From an uncultured Gemmatimonadaceae bacterium (GTDB taxonomy: Bacteria > Gemmatimonadota > Gemmatimonadetes > Gemmatimonadales > Gemmatimonadaceae): a DNA stretch of 64,000 nucleotides. A program made the translations under genes and the position numbers. Where the stretch lies: NCBI GenBank assembly GCA_963829055.1, contig CAWHHI010000016.1:1182192-1246191 (forward strand), read 5' to 3'. The notes below the pieces were generated by a model. The model was not told the DNA's origin. It did not search any database and saw nothing but the letters and a program-made list of their open reading frames with translations. Shown here piece by piece: positions 29,589-42,527 of this stretch (position 1 is its first letter; the number at the start of each line of letters is the position of its first letter).

Positions 29589-31388
29589 ATGCCACTGCGC
29601 GATGACCTGCTGACGCCGATCCCGGGCGCGAACCCGGGCGGCACCGATCTGCGGTACGAGCTATACGACATCGTGAGGGAGGCGCGGCGCGAGGAGATCG
29701 ACGCGCCGACGGGCGGCTGGGATCGCCCGCGCAAGACGGCCGATTGGATGGTCGTCGCGAAGGAAACGAGCGCCGCCCTCGCCACGAAGTCGAAGGATCT
29801 GCAGCTCGCGGTGTGGCTCGCCGAGGCGAGCTACCATCGCGAATCCTTCGGCGGGTTCGCCGCGGCTGTGCGCTTCACCGCACAGATGCTCGAGCAGTTC
29901 TGGGATCATCTCTACCCGGAGCTCGAAGACGGCGACGTCGAGGCACGGGTTGCCCCACTGGCGTGGCTCGGGGGTGACAAGCAGCCGCTCGTGCAGGCGA
30001 TTCGGCTCGCGCCCATTACGCTGAGCGGCCTCACCATCTTCAAGTTTCGCGACTCGCAGGACGTCGGCTTCGAGTCGCCGTCGGACGACTACGACAAGAA
30101 GCAGGCGCGAAAGAAGAAGATGGACTCCGGCAAGATGTCCGGAGAGGAATTCGATCAGGCGTTCAGCGCGACGCCGAAGGCCTGGTACAAGCAGCTCGCC
30201 GCGGACCTCGCCGCCGTGCTCGACGCGATCAGCGTGCTCGATCGCGTCGGCAACGACAAGTTCGGGCGCGACGCACCCGGATACTCGCAGCTGCGGAAGC
30301 CGATCGAGGAAGTGCAAGGCATTGTCCGCGAGCTGCTGGCGAAGAAGCTGGAACTGGAGCCGGACCCGATCGAGGTCGCGCCCGTCGTCGAGGAGGCGCC
30401 GGAAGCGTTAGGCAGCGAGAGTGCCGCCGCGGCGGCATCCGGAACCGGCGTGCTGAGCGTCGAGCCGACCAGCCGCGATGATGCGAACCAGCGAGTGATC
30501 GTCGTGGCGCGTTGGCTTCGGCGCGCCGAGCCGACGGGCCCGACGTCGTACATGATGCTGCGCGCGCTCCGATGGGGAGAGCTGCGTGCGCAAGCGCCCG
30601 AGCCGGACCCACGTCTCCTGGCGGCGCCGCAGCCGGCGTCGCGCATGCAGCTGCGCACGCTCATGCTCGACGCGAAATGGGCTGATCTGCTCGAAGCAGC
30701 GGAAACGGTGATGGCGACGCCGGCCGGTCGCGGGTGGCTGGACCTGCAGCGCTACACCTTGCGCGCGACGGACGAGCTGGGCGCCTCATACGGGCAGGTC
30801 GGCTCGGCGATTCGGAGCGAGCTGCGGTCCCTGCTGCGCGAGATCCCGTCACTCGTCGACCAAACGCTGATGGACGGCCTCCCGACGGCCTCGCCCGAGA
30901 CTCGCAACTGGTTGCGCGCGGAGTTCGCGGGCGCCGACGCCGACGAGGTGTCGATCTCGGCAGAGGCCGAGGCCAGCAGCGGTCCGGTGGTCGCCGCCGG
31001 TGGCGACGCGCGCGATCGCAGCTACGAGCGCGCGTTAGGCGAGGTGCGCGCCGGCCGGCCGGAGAAAGCGATCGAGATGCTGCTCCGCGACCTCGATCGT
31101 GAGAAGAGCGCGCGCGGCCGGTTCCTTCGTCAGACCCAGCTCACGCGCATCATGGTCGAAGCGGGCTTCGACGCGATCGCCCGCCCGATCCTCGATGAGA
31201 TGTTGCAGCGTGTCGAGACGCATCGGCTCGAGGAGTGGGAAGCCGGAGCGCTCCTCGCGCAGCCGCTGGCAGCACTGTACCGATGTCTCGAGAAGAGCGG
31301 CGAGGACGCTGCTCGTCAGAAGCAGCTGTACCTCCGGATCTGCCGCCTCGACCCGGTGCAGGCAATGGGCTTCGGCCCGCGGAGCTGA
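29589..31388 (+). CDS. tssA: T6SS TssA (ImpA N-terminal domain)
   Basis: LLTPIPGANPGG, SKDLQLAVWLAEA, FWDHLYP, RALRWGELR, WLDLQRY. Confidence 0.92.
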   Translation: MPLRDDLLTPIPGANPGGTDLRYELYDIVREARREEIDAPTGGWDRPRKTADWMVVAKETSAALATKSKDLQLAVWLAEASYHRESFGGFAAAVRFTAQMLEQFWDHLYPELEDGDVEARVAPLAWLGGDKQPLVQAIRLAPITLSGLTIFKFRDSQDVGFESPSDDYDKKQARKKKMDSGKMSGEEFDQAFSATPKAWYKQLAADLAAVLDAISVLDRVGNDKFGRDAPGYSQLRKPIEEVQGIVRELLAKKLELEPDPIEVAPVVEEAPEALGSESAAAAASGTGVLSVEPTSRDDANQRVIVVARWLRRAEPTGPTSYMMLRALRWGELRAQAPEPDPRLLAAPQPASRMQLRTLMLDAKWADLLEAAETVMATPAGRGWLDLQRYTLRATDELGASYGQVGSAIRSELRSLLREIPSLVDQTLMDGLPTASPETRNWLRAEFAGADADEVSISAEAEASSGPVVAAGGDARDRSYERALGEVRAGRPEKAIEMLLRDLDREKSARGRFLRQTQLTRIMVEAGFDAIARPILDEMLQRVETHRLEEWEAGALLAQPLAALYRCLEKSGEDAARQKQLYLRICRLDPVQAMGFGPRS

Positions 31389-31391
31389 GTC

Positions 31392-31889
31392 ATGGCGAAC
31401 TCCGAGATCGAGCGCCCGGTCCGACCGTCGGTGCTCGATCGGCTCATCGACGATGATCACCGCAGCAATGTGGAGCCGGCGCTCACGCGATCGCAGTCGG
31501 TGCGCCAGTTCAAGACCGCGCTCCGACGTGATCTCGAGTGGCTGCTGAACGCGCGTCGCACGATTACCCCGGTGCCCGAGGATTCCGAGCAGCTCGCAAG
31601 ATCCGTGTTCACGTTCGGCCTGCCGGACATCACGTCCATGAGCAAGGACTCGCGCGAGTCGTTCGAGAAGCTGGCGCGGATGATCCAGTCGGCGATCGAC
31701 GTATTCGAGCCACGCCTCACGGACGTGACCGTGCAGCTCCGCGAGGGGAATTCGAAGCTGTTGCGCGACGTGCACTTCGTGATCGATGGCATCCTCAAGC
31801 TCGATCCCATGCCCGAACGCGTGATGTTCGACACGCGCCAGGACGAACGCGGCGCCATGAAGGTGCAGGAGGGTGCCGGTGGCGAATGA
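31392..31889 (+). CDS. tssE: T6SS baseplate TssE
   Basis: PSVLDRL, RDLEWLLNAR, FGLPD, FEPRL. Confidence 0.93.
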   Translation: MANSEIERPVRPSVLDRLIDDDHRSNVEPALTRSQSVRQFKTALRRDLEWLLNARRTITPVPEDSEQLARSVFTFGLPDITSMSKDSRESFEKLARMIQSAIDVFEPRLTDVTVQLREGNSKLLRDVHFVIDGILKLDPMPERVMFDTRQDERGAMKVQEGAGGE

Positions 31890-33718
31890 CCAGCTGCTCC
31901 AGTACTACGAGCGTGAGCTGACGTTCCTGCGCCGCATGGGCGCCCGCTTCGCGCAGGAATATCCGAAGATCGCGTCGCGCCTCGATCTCGAGCCGAGCAA
32001 GTGTGAGGATCCGCACGTCGAGCGGATGCTCGAGGCGTTCGCGTTTCTCGCCGCCCGCGTGCACAAGCGGATCGACGAGGATGTGCCCGAGGTCAGCGAG
32101 GCGCTGCTCGAGATCGTGTACCCGCACTACGTGCGGCCTATCCCGGCGATGTCGCTCGTCGAGTTCGAGCTGGATCGCGAGCAGGGCAAGCTCACGTCGG
32201 GGTTGCCCGTGCCTCGCAATTCGCTGCTCTACTCGCGACCCGTGGCCGGCGTGCCGTGCAAGTTCACCACGTGCTACGACACCACGCTCTGGCCCGTCCG
32301 CGTGGCGTCGCTCGAGTGGATGACACCCGATCGGCTCAAGCCGGCTGTGCGTGTCACCGATGCGGTGGCCGCGCTGCGGCTCGAGCTGCACTGCTTCGCC
32401 GATCTCGAGTTCAAGGCGCTCGACCTCTCCGCGCTCCGGCTGCACCTCGCGGGCGACAGCGGCGTGACGTTCGCGCTGTACGAGCTCCTGTGCAACAATT
32501 GCACGTCGATCATCGTGCGCGAGCCGGGAGGCAAGAAGAGCCTAACGCTGCCGGCGTCTTCGCTGCAGCCCGTCGGGTTTGCCGAGGGCGACGGCCTGCT
32601 GCCCTACCCGCGCCGCTCGTTTCTTGGCTACCGGTTGCTGCAGGAGTACTTCACGTTCCCGGAGAAGTTTCTCTTCTTCGATCTGGCGATCTTCGACGCG
32701 GTGCGGTCTGCCGGCTTCGGCGAGAAGGCGGAAATCATCTTTCTCATTCCGCCAGTTCGAGCGCGGCGAGCGACGTGCGCTGCTCGAGACCGGGCTGTCG
32801 CCGCGCTCCATGCGCGTCGGCTGCACGCCGGTGGTGAATCTGTTCCCGCAGGTCTCGGAACCGATTCTGTTGACGCAGCGGAAGACGGAATACGAGTGTC
32901 GTGCCCGATGCCAGGCGACGGCGCACCACACAGGTCTTCTCGGTCGACGAGGTCGTCGGCATCACGCCCGGATCGTCCGAGCCGCTGCGCATCGAGCCGC
33001 TGTACTCGTACCGCCACGCGCGGAACGGGCAAGGCGCCGAGCTGTTCTGGACGGCGCGACGCCGACCGGCCGAGTGGCGGCTGGACAGCGGAACGGACGT
33101 CCATCTCTCGTTCGTCGACCTGTCGGCTCGCACGGTGCATCCCGACCGCGACGCGATCACGGCACGCCTAACGTGTTTCAACGGCGACCTGCCGGGCCGG
33201 CTGCCGTTCGGCGATGAGACGGGCGACTTCGAGCTCGAGAACGGCGGGCCGGTACGACGGATCGTGGCGCTCAGCAAGCCGACCGATGTCGTGCATCCGC
33301 CACTCGGGCAGGCGCAGCTCTGGCGGCTCCTGTCGCAGCTGTCGCTCAACTATCTGCCGCTCGCCGACGGCGGTGCCGACGCGCTTCGCGAGATCCTCCG
33401 GTTACACAACTTCTCCGGCACGACGGCGGGTGAGCGTCACATTCGAAGGCATCGTGTCGGTGGCTGGCGAGCCGACCTACGCGCGCGTCGTGACGGAGCA
33501 CGGTGTCGCGTTCGCGCGCGGCCGCCGCGTGGACATGATGTTCGATGAGGAGCAGTACGCGGGCGGCGGGCGTGTATCTGTTTGCGAGCGTGCTGGAACG
33601 ATTCTTCGGCATGTACGCGTCCGTGAACAGCTTCACGACGCTCGTGGCGCGATCGAACAAACGGAAGGAGATGGTTCGCGCGTGGCCACCGAGAGCGGGA
33701 TGGAAGAGCCTCGTGTAA
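31879..33718 (+). CDS. tssF: T6SS baseplate TssF (several frameshifts)
   Basis: YYERELTFLR, DPHVERMLEAFAF, GYRLLQEYFTFPEKF, LWRLLSQLSLNYL, ends WPPRAGWKSLV. Confidence 0.93.
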
Positions 33719-34716
33719 GGCTCGGCGCCATCGAGGAAGCGCTCGAGCGAGAACCCTACTCGTTCGACTTCTTCCAGGCGGTGCAGCTGCTCCAGCAGCT
33801 GCACCCGGAGCGCGGGCGCGTGGGTCGGTACGGAAATCCCGACGACGAGGCCCTCCGCTTCGGCGCGACGCCCGCCACCGCATTTCCCGCCAGCGAGATC
33901 CAGGCACTCGAGATGGAGGAGGGCGCCCCTCCTCGCCTCGTCGTCAACTTCTTTGGCCTGACCGGGCCGCAGGGCGTGTTGCCGCTCGAGTACTCCGAGC
34001 TCGTCGCCGACCGCGTCCGCCAGCGCGACCACGCGCTACGCGACTTCCTCGATCTGTTCAACCATCGCATTATCAGTCTGTTTTTCCGGGCGTGGGAACG
34101 TACGCACGCGCACGGCGCCCCCGGCGCGAACGGCGCCGACGCGCTGCATGATCACCTGCTCGATCTGGCCGGACTGGGGACGCCCGGTCTCGCGGAGCGA
34201 CTCGGGTTGCCATCGGCAGCCCTTCCGTTCTACGTTGGTCTCCTCGGAATGCCAGCGCGACCGGCAGTGGCGCTCCAGCTGCTCCTCGAGGACTACTTCG
34301 GCGTTCCGGTAGACGTACAGCAGTTCGTAGGTGGATGGTACGCGATCGATGAAGCATCGCAGTGCGCCCTCGGCGATGAGTCATCGCCGTCGTCGCAACT
34401 CGGCTTCGGCGCCGTGGCCGGTGACGAGATCTGGGACGTGCAGGCCCGCGCGCGGCTTCGTATCGGGCCGCTCACTCGGGCGCAGTATGACACGTTCTTG
34501 CCGACAGGCAGCGCGTTCAAGGAGCTCCGCGCGCTGACGAAATTCTTCACCGGCGAGCAGGTCGACGTCGAGGTCCAGCTCATTCTGGCGCGCGACGAAG
34601 TACCGCCAGTGGCACTCGGTGGCGACACGCAGGCTGCGACACCGCTTGGATGGTCTACTTGGCTTCGTTCGCGCCCCTTCACGCGCGACGCGAGCGACAC
34701 GATTCTCACCCTGTAG
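33682..34716 (+). CDS. tssG: T6SS baseplate TssG
   Basis: FDFFQAV, AFPASEI, GLTGPQGVLP, FLDLFNHR, LGWSTWL. Confidence 0.94.
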   Translation: MATESGMEEPRVRLGAIEEALEREPYSFDFFQAVQLLQQLHPERGRVGRYGNPDDEALRFGATPATAFPASEIQALEMEEGAPPRLVVNFFGLTGPQGVLPLEYSELVADRVRQRDHALRDFLDLFNHRIISLFFRAWERTHAHGAPGANGADALHDHLLDLAGLGTPGLAERLGLPSAALPFYVGLLGMPARPAVALQLLLEDYFGVPVDVQQFVGGWYAIDEASQCALGDESSPSSQLGFGAVAGDEIWDVQARARLRIGPLTRAQYDTFLPTGSAFKELRALTKFFTGEQVDVEVQLILARDEVPPVALGGDTQAATPLGWSTWLRSRPFTRDASDTILTL

Positions 34717-34743
34717 CATTGCATCCACCGAGGCCCAACAGCC

Positions 34744-37455
34744 ATGAGCGTCAATCTTCGCGCGCTGATCGCCCGACTGAACGACGAGTCGCGCCGCGCG
34801 CTCGAGTCAGCAGCGGGGCTCTGCCTGTCCCGCACGCATTACGACGTCGAGATCGAGCACTACCTGATGAAGGCGCTCGATGACACCGACGGCGACATCG
34901 CGGCGATCCTCAAGCACTACGGGGTGGATCGGTCGCGACTCGCGTCCGAGCTGACGCGCAGCCTCGACAAGCTGAAGACGGGCAACGCACGCAACCCGTG
35001 CGTTCAGCCCGACGCTCGTGAAGGCGCTCACCGAGGCGTGGACGATCGGATCGCTCGAGCTTCGGGCGAATCACGTGCGCACCGGTCACGTGATGCTCGC
35101 GCTGCGTTCGGTCGACGAGCTCGCGCAACTGACGCGCGACGTCAGCAAGGAGCTCGAGAAGATCTCTCCCGAGGCGCTGCAAGAAGGACTTCGTCGGCGA
35201 TCGTAGCCGGCACGTCGGAGGACGCCGCTGCCGCTTCGGCGACCGGAGTCCGCGAGTGAACCGCGGAACGCCACGGGTCGGCGGCAAGACGCCGAATCTG
35301 GATCAGTTCACCGTCGATCTCACCGCGCGCGCGAAGTCTGGAAAGATCGATCCGGTGCTCGGACGCGATTTCGAGATGCGTCAGGTCGTCGACATCCTGA
35401 CGCGGCGCCGCCAGAACAATCCGATTCTCGTCGGCGAGGCCGGCGTCGGAAAGACGGCGGTCGTCGAGGGCTTCGCGCGGCGCATTGTCGAAGGGCGACG
35501 TCCCCACGCCGCTCAAGAACGTCACGCTGCGCACGCTCGATCTCGCGCTGCTGCAGGCAGGCGCGGGCGTGAAGGGCGAGTTCGAGAATCGCCTCAAGGG
35601 TCTGATCGAGGAGGTGAAGAACTCGCCGACGCCGATCATCCTGTTCATCGACGAAGCGCACACGATGATCGGCGCCGGCGGCACGGCCGGTCAGGGCGAC
35701 GCCGCGAATCTGCTCAAGCCGGCGCTCGCGCGCGGCGAGCTGCGCACGATCGCCGCGACGACGTGGGCGGAGTACAAGAAGTACTTCGAGAAGGATCCGG
35801 CGCTGTCGCGCCGCTTCCAGCTCGTGAAGGTCGAGGAGCCGACGCGAGGACGTGTGCCTGCGTCATGCTGCGCGGCGTGGTGCCGGCGCTCGAGAAGCAT
35901 CACAACGTGCGGATTCTCGACGACGGGTCTCGACGCGGCGGTTCGGCTGTCGCACCGCTATCTGCCCGATCGCCAGCTGCCGGACAAGGCGGTCAGCGTG
36001 CTGGACACGGCGTGCGCGCGCCTCGCGTTAGGCCAGACGGCCACGCCGGCGTCGGTCGAAGACGCGCAGCGCGACGCTCGACGATCTCGCCGTGCAGGAC
36101 GCGCGTGCTCGAGCGCGAGGAGTCGCGTCGGCGTCCGATCACGCCGAGCGCCTCGCGAACATCGCCGAGCAGCGCACGGAGACGGAAGCGCGAGCTGGCG
36201 CGCGCTGACAGACGCGCTGGGAGCAGGAGCGCGGTACTCGTGACGAAGATTCGCGAGATCCGACGGGCAGACGAGCTGCGCACGCAGCGCATGCCGCGAC
36301 AGCAAGCCGCGGCGACGCGGACGGTCTGCGCGCAGGAGCTCGACGCGCTCGAACACGGAGCTCGCGACGCTGCAGGGCGAGACGCCGCTCATGCGCGTCG
36401 CGTGTGGACGCGTCGATCGTCGGCGAGGTGATCTCCGGGCTGGACCGGCATTCCCGTCGGCAAGATGCTGCGCGACGAGCTCGGTGACGGTGCTCGAGCT
36501 CGAGAGCACGTTAGGCGCGCGCGTCATCGGCCAGGATCACGCGCTCGAAGTGATCAGCCGGCGCATCCGCACGTCGCGCGCCGGCATCGAGGATCCGAAC
36601 AAGCCGAAGGGCGTGTTCATGCTCGTGGGACCGAGCGGCGTCGGCAAGACGGAGACGGCGCTGGCGCTGTCCGATCTGCTGTACGGCGGCGAGCACAACA
36701 TGATCACCATCAACATGTCGCGAGTTCCAGGAGGCGCACACCGTCTCGCACGCTGAAGGGGTCGCCGCCGGGATACGTGGGCTACGGCGAAGGCGGCGTG
36801 CTCACGGAAGCCGTGCGGCGGCGTCCGTACTCGGTGGTGCTGCTCGACGAGGTGGAGAAGGCGCACCCCGACGTGCTGGAGCTGTTCTTCCAGGTGTTCG
36901 ACAAGGGCGTGATGGAAGACGGCGAGGGACGGCAGATCGACTTCAAGAACACGATCATCATTCTGACGACGAATGCCGGCACCGAGACGATCATGAAGCT
37001 CACGGCGGACCCCGAGACGACGCCCAGCGCACGAGGGACTGGTCAAGGCGCTCAAGCCGGAGCTCGACAAGATGTTCAAGCCGGCGTTCCTCGGCCGCAT
37101 GGTCGATCATTCCGTACTTCCCGGTGCGCGACGAGAACCTGAAGCAGATCATCAGGCTCAAGCTCGAGCAAGATCGAGCGGCGCATGCAGGAGACGCATC
37201 GCATCGCCTCGGATGGACTACGACGAGGCGGTCGTGGACAGCGTGGCCGCGCGATGCACGGAAGTCGAGAGCGGCGCGCGCAACGTCGACAACATTCTCA
37301 CGAACACGCTGCTGCCCGAGGTGTCGAAGTTGTTGCTCGAGCAGATGGTGGCGGGGCACAAGCCAACGCGACTCGATATTCGCATTGGCGATGATGGCCT
37401 GTTGACCTATCAGACGGATGCCGTCGGCGAGCCCGCCGCCGTCGTCACGGGCTGA
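34744..37455 (+). CDS. clpV: ClpV/TssH AAA+ ATPase (many frameshifts)
   Basis: [63 protein letters not shown]. Confidence 0.93.
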
Positions 37456-37513
37456 ATCGCGTCCGTCGTTCGGTCATAGTCGTTCGGCGATACCGGAACC
37501 TTCGAGGCCTCCG

Positions 37514-39618
37514 ATGGCGTACACGCAGGACAAGCGGCCGCTACGGGTCAAGACGCCGCTCGGCAAGGACGTCCTGTTGCTGGAACGCTTCAGCGGCGAG
37601 GAGGGCGTCTCCACGCCCTTCCATTTCGTGCTCGAGATGCTGTCGGAGAACGGCGCGATCGCACCGGATGACCTGCTGAGAAAGCCGCTCACCGTCGAGA
37701 TCGAGATTCCTGGCGGCGGGAAGCGCTTCGTACACGGGATCGCGAATCGCCTCTCGCAGCTCGGTCGTCGCGCGGGGCTGACCGCCTACCGCATCGAGGT
37801 GGTGCCGTGGCTGTGGTTCCTGTCGCTCACGAACGACTGCCGGATCTTTCAGAACCTGAGCGTCGAAGACATCGTCACGAAGGTCTTCAAGGACCTCGGC
37901 CACAGCGACTTCAAGTTCAAGCTCATGGGCGCGTCGCCCAAGCGCATCTATTGCGTGCAGTATCGCGAGAGCGCGCTCGCCTTCGTGTCGCGGTTGCTGG
38001 AGGAGGAAGGCATCTTCTACTTCTTCGAGCACACGGACTCGTCGCACATGCTCGTGCTCACGGATCATCCGAGCCAGGTGCCCGCGTGCCCTGACGCGAG
38101 CAAGATCCGGATGACGGCGACGCAGAGCTGGCAGATGGCGGAGGAGCCGCTCGTGACATCGCTCGAGGTCGATCACTCGGCGGTCACGGAAAAGATCGAG
38201 CTGACCGACTACGACTTCGAGAAGCCGACCGCATCATTGCGTGCGTCGGTGTCGGGAAAGCAGAAGGACGAGGTGTACGATTATCCCGGCGGCTACATCG
38301 TCAAGGCCGATGGCGATCGGTACGCGCGCGTGCGACTGGAGCAGAAGGAGGCCGAGCGCGAGCTGGCGCGCGGTGAGAGCAACGTGCCCGCGTTCACGTG
38401 CGGTCACAAGTTCGAGCTCACCGAGCACGCGATCCGCGGCCTGAACAAGAGCTATCACCTGTTGCGCGTGCGGCACTCGGCGGCGATCTCCAATTACACG
38501 ACGGACAGTGGGGAGTACGACTACGCGAACTCGTTCGAGGCCATCCCGAGCACGGTACCGTATCGTCCGCCGCTCGCTACGCCGCGAGCGGTGATATCAG
38601 GCACGCAGACGGCAGTCGTGGTGGGTCCGGGCGGCGAGGAGATCTACGTCGACAAGTTCGCCCGTGTGAAGGTGCAGTTTCACTGGGATCGCCAGGGGAA
38701 GAAGGACGAGAACAGCTCGTGCTGGGTGCGCGTGTCGAGCGCCTGGGCGGGAAAGAACTGGGGATTCATCCAGATCCCGCGCATCGGGCAGGAAGTGATC
38801 GTCGACTTCCTCGAGGGAGATCCGGACCAGCCGATCATCACCGGCCGCGTCTACAACGCGGATCAGATGCCGCCGTATGCGCTGCCGGCGAACATGACGC
38901 AGAGCGGGACCCTAACGCGGTCGACGAAGGGCGGGTCGCCGGCGAACGCGAATCGAGATCCGCTTCGAGGACAAGAAGGGCAGCGAGCAGCTGTTCATCC
39001 ATGCGGAGAAGAACCAGGACATCGAGGTCGAGAACGACGAGACGCACTGGGTGGGGCACGATCGGACGAAGACGGTCGATCACGACGAGACGACGCACAT
39101 CAAGCACGACCGCACTGAGACCGTCGACAACGACGAGACGATCACCATCGGCGGCAACCGCATCGGAGACGCGTCGCGAAGGACGAAACGATCACGATCA
39201 GCGGGAATCGCACCGAGAGCGTCGGCGAAGAACGAATCGATTTCGATCAGCGGTAGTCGCACGAGAGCGTCGCGGAGACGAGTCGATTACGATCAGCGAA
39301 CGAAGCGAGTCGGTTTCGAGATGAGATCGCGTCACGGAAAGCGCGAGGTGTCGGTCAGCAAGGACGAGGCTCTCGCCGTCGAGGGCGCGCGCAAGGTCCA
39401 GATCGGGAAGGACGACTCGCTTGCAAGTCGGAAAAAAGCTCATCATCAACGTCGCGGATGAAATCTCGATCAAGACCGGTGACGCCGTGATCGTGATGAA
39501 GAAGAACGGCGACATCACGATCAAGGGGAAGAACATCACGCTCCAGGGCTCCGGGAAAATCACCGGCAAGGCCGACGGTGACGTCGTGCTGAAGGGCAGC
39601 AAGGTCACGGCAAACTAG
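37514..39618 (+). CDS. vgrG: VgrG spike protein, no effector extension (frameshifts after about 38950)
   Basis: RIFQN, YCVQYRES..FVSRLLEEEGIFYFF, SCWVRV, IPRIGQEVIVDFLEGDPD, gp5-type C-terminal repeats. Confidence 0.95.
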
Positions 39619-39623
39619 GAATC

Positions 39624-40208
39624 ATGACGTCGTCGGGAGCGCTCTGGCCGGACTTCTGTTACGCTACGTATACTCCTCGCGGAGCAACTGCTGTGGTCGT
39701 ATCACCAAGTGGAGCGAGGAATCGAGATCGGGCAGTCAAGCAGCCCCATCGCATTCGTCGCACCGATTCCTCTAACCCGGGACGACAACATGATCGACCC
39801 GGCGTGCTCGCCGCCGAAGTCATTGGCGTCGACGCGATGGCCGACCCCTCGTCCGCTGGAACGGCGTCGGACCAGTCGCCGCCCACGCCGTCTGGACGCC
39901 GGGCGCGCCGCGTGGCGCGATTGCATCGGCGCGCGCGTGCTCGTCGCTTTCTCGGCGGTGACGAAACGCAACCGATCGTGCTCGGCCTCGTTGGAGCCAC
40001 CGCCGGCGCTCGGCGATCTAGATGCGCAGCAGCCGGGAAGGCGCCCGATACCCTTCGCGTCGAGGCAGGACGGGAGCTCGTGATCGAATGCGGAGAGGCG
40101 AAGATCTCGCTGCGGAAGGATGGTCGCGTCGAGATTCGCGGCACCCACCTGATTTCGCGCTCCAGCGGACCTAACAAGATCAAGGGCGGGTCCGTCTTCA
40201 TCAATTGA
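39624..40208 (+). CDS. DUF6484-like protein (VgrG-associated; 5' end uncertain)
   Basis: PIVLGL..ELVIECGEAKISLRKDGRVEIRG..SRSSGPNKIKGGSVFIN. Confidence 0.6.
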   Translation: MTSSGALWPDFCYATYTPRGATAVVVSPSGARNRDRAVKQPHRIRRTDSSNPGRQHDRPGVLAAEVIGVDAMADPSSAGTASDQSPPTPSGRRARRVARLHRRARARRFLGGDETQPIVLGLVGATAGARRSRCAAAGKAPDTLRVEAGRELVIECGEAKISLRKDGRVEIRGTHLISRSSGPNKIKGGSVFIN

Positions 40209-41435
40209 TCGACTCGCCGGAGTCGAGCTCTGGCCGTGTCACCGCTCGGACACCCGCCGGTGTACCAGACATTGTCGAAGAGCACTTCGACGAGCTCGAC
40301 GCGCTGTGGGAGCATCGCGAGGCGAACGTCTTCACGCCCGATTGGACGCTTCGGCACCTCGCGTTTCACGAGGACCGCGCCGAGGCGCATCTCGATGGCA
40401 CTCAGGCTGTCGGAGCTGCACGGCGTGGACCTCTCGCGCGAGAAGCTCACGAGCGGGCCCGTCGGCGGCGACTGCGGCGGCGCTTCGTGCTCTGGGAGAG
40501 TGGCGACGTCGACGCACGCGAATCTCTGTGCTCGAGCAATTTCGAAGCGGGCGAGCCACCAGTTCGCGAGGGAATTCGTACTCGCGTTTCGACATCTGCC
40601 CGCGACCGAGCTGCGGTCCCGGTTGCTCGATGCTATGGCTGGCGACGCACGACCGTCGCGGCGCCGCGGCAGACGTGCTGACGTTCCATCGGTCAGCACT
40701 TCCGCCGTTCGATCACCTCATCGGCGAGTCCGATCCTATCGTTGTCCAGCACGCGCTTCGTGCCGCGGGAGAGCAAGCGACTACACGCACAGGATTTCGC
40801 ACGGGCGTGCACGACGCGGATGCGTCCGTGCGCTAGCGCCGCGTTGCAAGCGCCGCGGCACGCGCCGGGCTCCGCAGCTCGGCGACGCGTGTCGCGCCGC
40901 GGCGACACGGGGTGACATCGTCGGTCTCGCGTTCCTCGGCACACTCGGCGATCCTCGCCGACATGCGTCTTATCGAGCGAGCGGTTCGGCAACCCACGCT
41001 CGCTCCGGTTGCGGTGTTGACGCATCGGCGCCATGGGCCGCGTGCAGTCGGTTCCGCTGCTGCTCGAGCTCATGGCGGACAAGCAGCTTGGAGTTTCGGC
41101 GACCGCAGCCTACAAGCGTATCACGGGCGCCAACGGCGTCGAGGGAGAGAAGCCGTTTCCGCCGCCACCAGTCGCGGAGGGCGAGGATGAGGAGGAGGCG
41201 TTGCCGCCCGATCCGGCGAAAGCCAAGGCAGACTGGGAGCAGCGTCAGTCCGGGATGCCGTCCGATCGAGCCTGGCAGGCAGGCGTCGGCATTGCCGACG
41301 GCATGTTGCCGATCGGGTTCGACGACGCTTCCCCTCGCGACGCGGCGCGACGTCTATCTACGGCTGCGGGCGCGGCGCGCCGTGATGCCCGGACATTGAG
41401 CTCGAGGCGCTGGCAATTCGCCAGCGGCAGCCTAA
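40205..41435 (+). CDS. TIGR02270-like HEAT-repeat protein (frameshifted)
   Basis: DIVEEHFDELDALWEHR, RAEAHLDG, LPPDPAK; typical position between vgrG and DUF2169. Confidence 0.6.
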
Positions 41436-41437
41436 CG

Positions 41438-42517
41438 ATGGCACATCCCGAGATCGACAACCGCACGCCGTTCGCGTTCGCACCACTGTTCATCGCCGAT
41501 GAGGATGGACGGCCGATCGTCGCCACGATCGTCAAGGCGACGTTCGACGTGTCGCTCCGCGGCGAGTGTGACGTTAGGGCCAGGAGCAGGCGCCGGTCGA
41601 CTTCAAAGGCAAACCGCACGGTGAGCCGGGAAGAGCAGCCCGCGCCTCGAGCCGGAGACGGCGTTCATCAAGGCGGCCACTGATTGCGTGCTGCTCGGCC
41701 ACGCCGTATCGGTGCGTCCGACGACGCAGATGGATGTCGGCGTTCGGATCGGTCCGGTGGCCAAGGCAGCGCGCGTCACCGGCAATCGCTGGTGGGTCGA
41801 GGGGGCGGTTGGCCTAACAATGTCGTCGCCGGAGCCATTCCAGCTCATGCCGCTCGTGTACGAGCGCGCGTTCGGTGGCTGGGATCGAACGCCTGAGAAG
41901 GAAGACGATCACGATTCGAGCCGCGCAATCCGGTCGGGGTCGGTTTTGTCGGCAGAGCGTGGCGTACCGCTTGCCGGCTCCCGCTCCCGAACATTGAGGA
42001 TCCGCGCAGATGCTGACGTCGCCTAACGGCGGAAGTCGACGCCCGTGGGCTTCGGGTTCGTCGGCCGTCGAGTGGCAGCCGCGGGCGAAGTTCGCCGGTA
42101 CGTACGATGAGGCGTGGACGAAGACCCGTGCGCCGCTCCTGCCGAAGGATTTCGATCGCCGTTTTTTCAACGCGGCGAGCCACGGACTCGTGACGCCCGG
42201 GTATCTTCGCGGCGACGAGTGGGTTCAGGCGTTCGGCGTCACGCCCGAGGGAACGTGGGAGTTTCGGTTGCCTGGCATCGAGGCGCCGCAGTGTCACGGT
42301 CGCGGTGCGCTTGCGCGGCGACGTGCTGCTGCAGACGAACCTCGATACCGTGATCGTCGATGCGGATGCGCGGCAGTTGACGTTGATCTGGCGCGCCTTC
42401 ACATCGCTTCGGTCGGGACCGCACGATGTGAGCGCCATTCAGCATTGCGAGCACCACCGCCGTCCGCCCGGCGTTGCTGGAGACGCATGCACCGGCGGCT
42501 GCGTTCGCAGTACCTGA
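41438..42517 (+). CDS. DUF2169 T6SS adaptor (frameshifted)
   Basis: IDNRTPFAF, IVKATFD, MPLVYERAFGG, FAGTYDEAW..RAPLLPKDFD, LDTVIVD. Confidence 0.85.
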
Positions 42518-42527
42518 CGAGTCGATC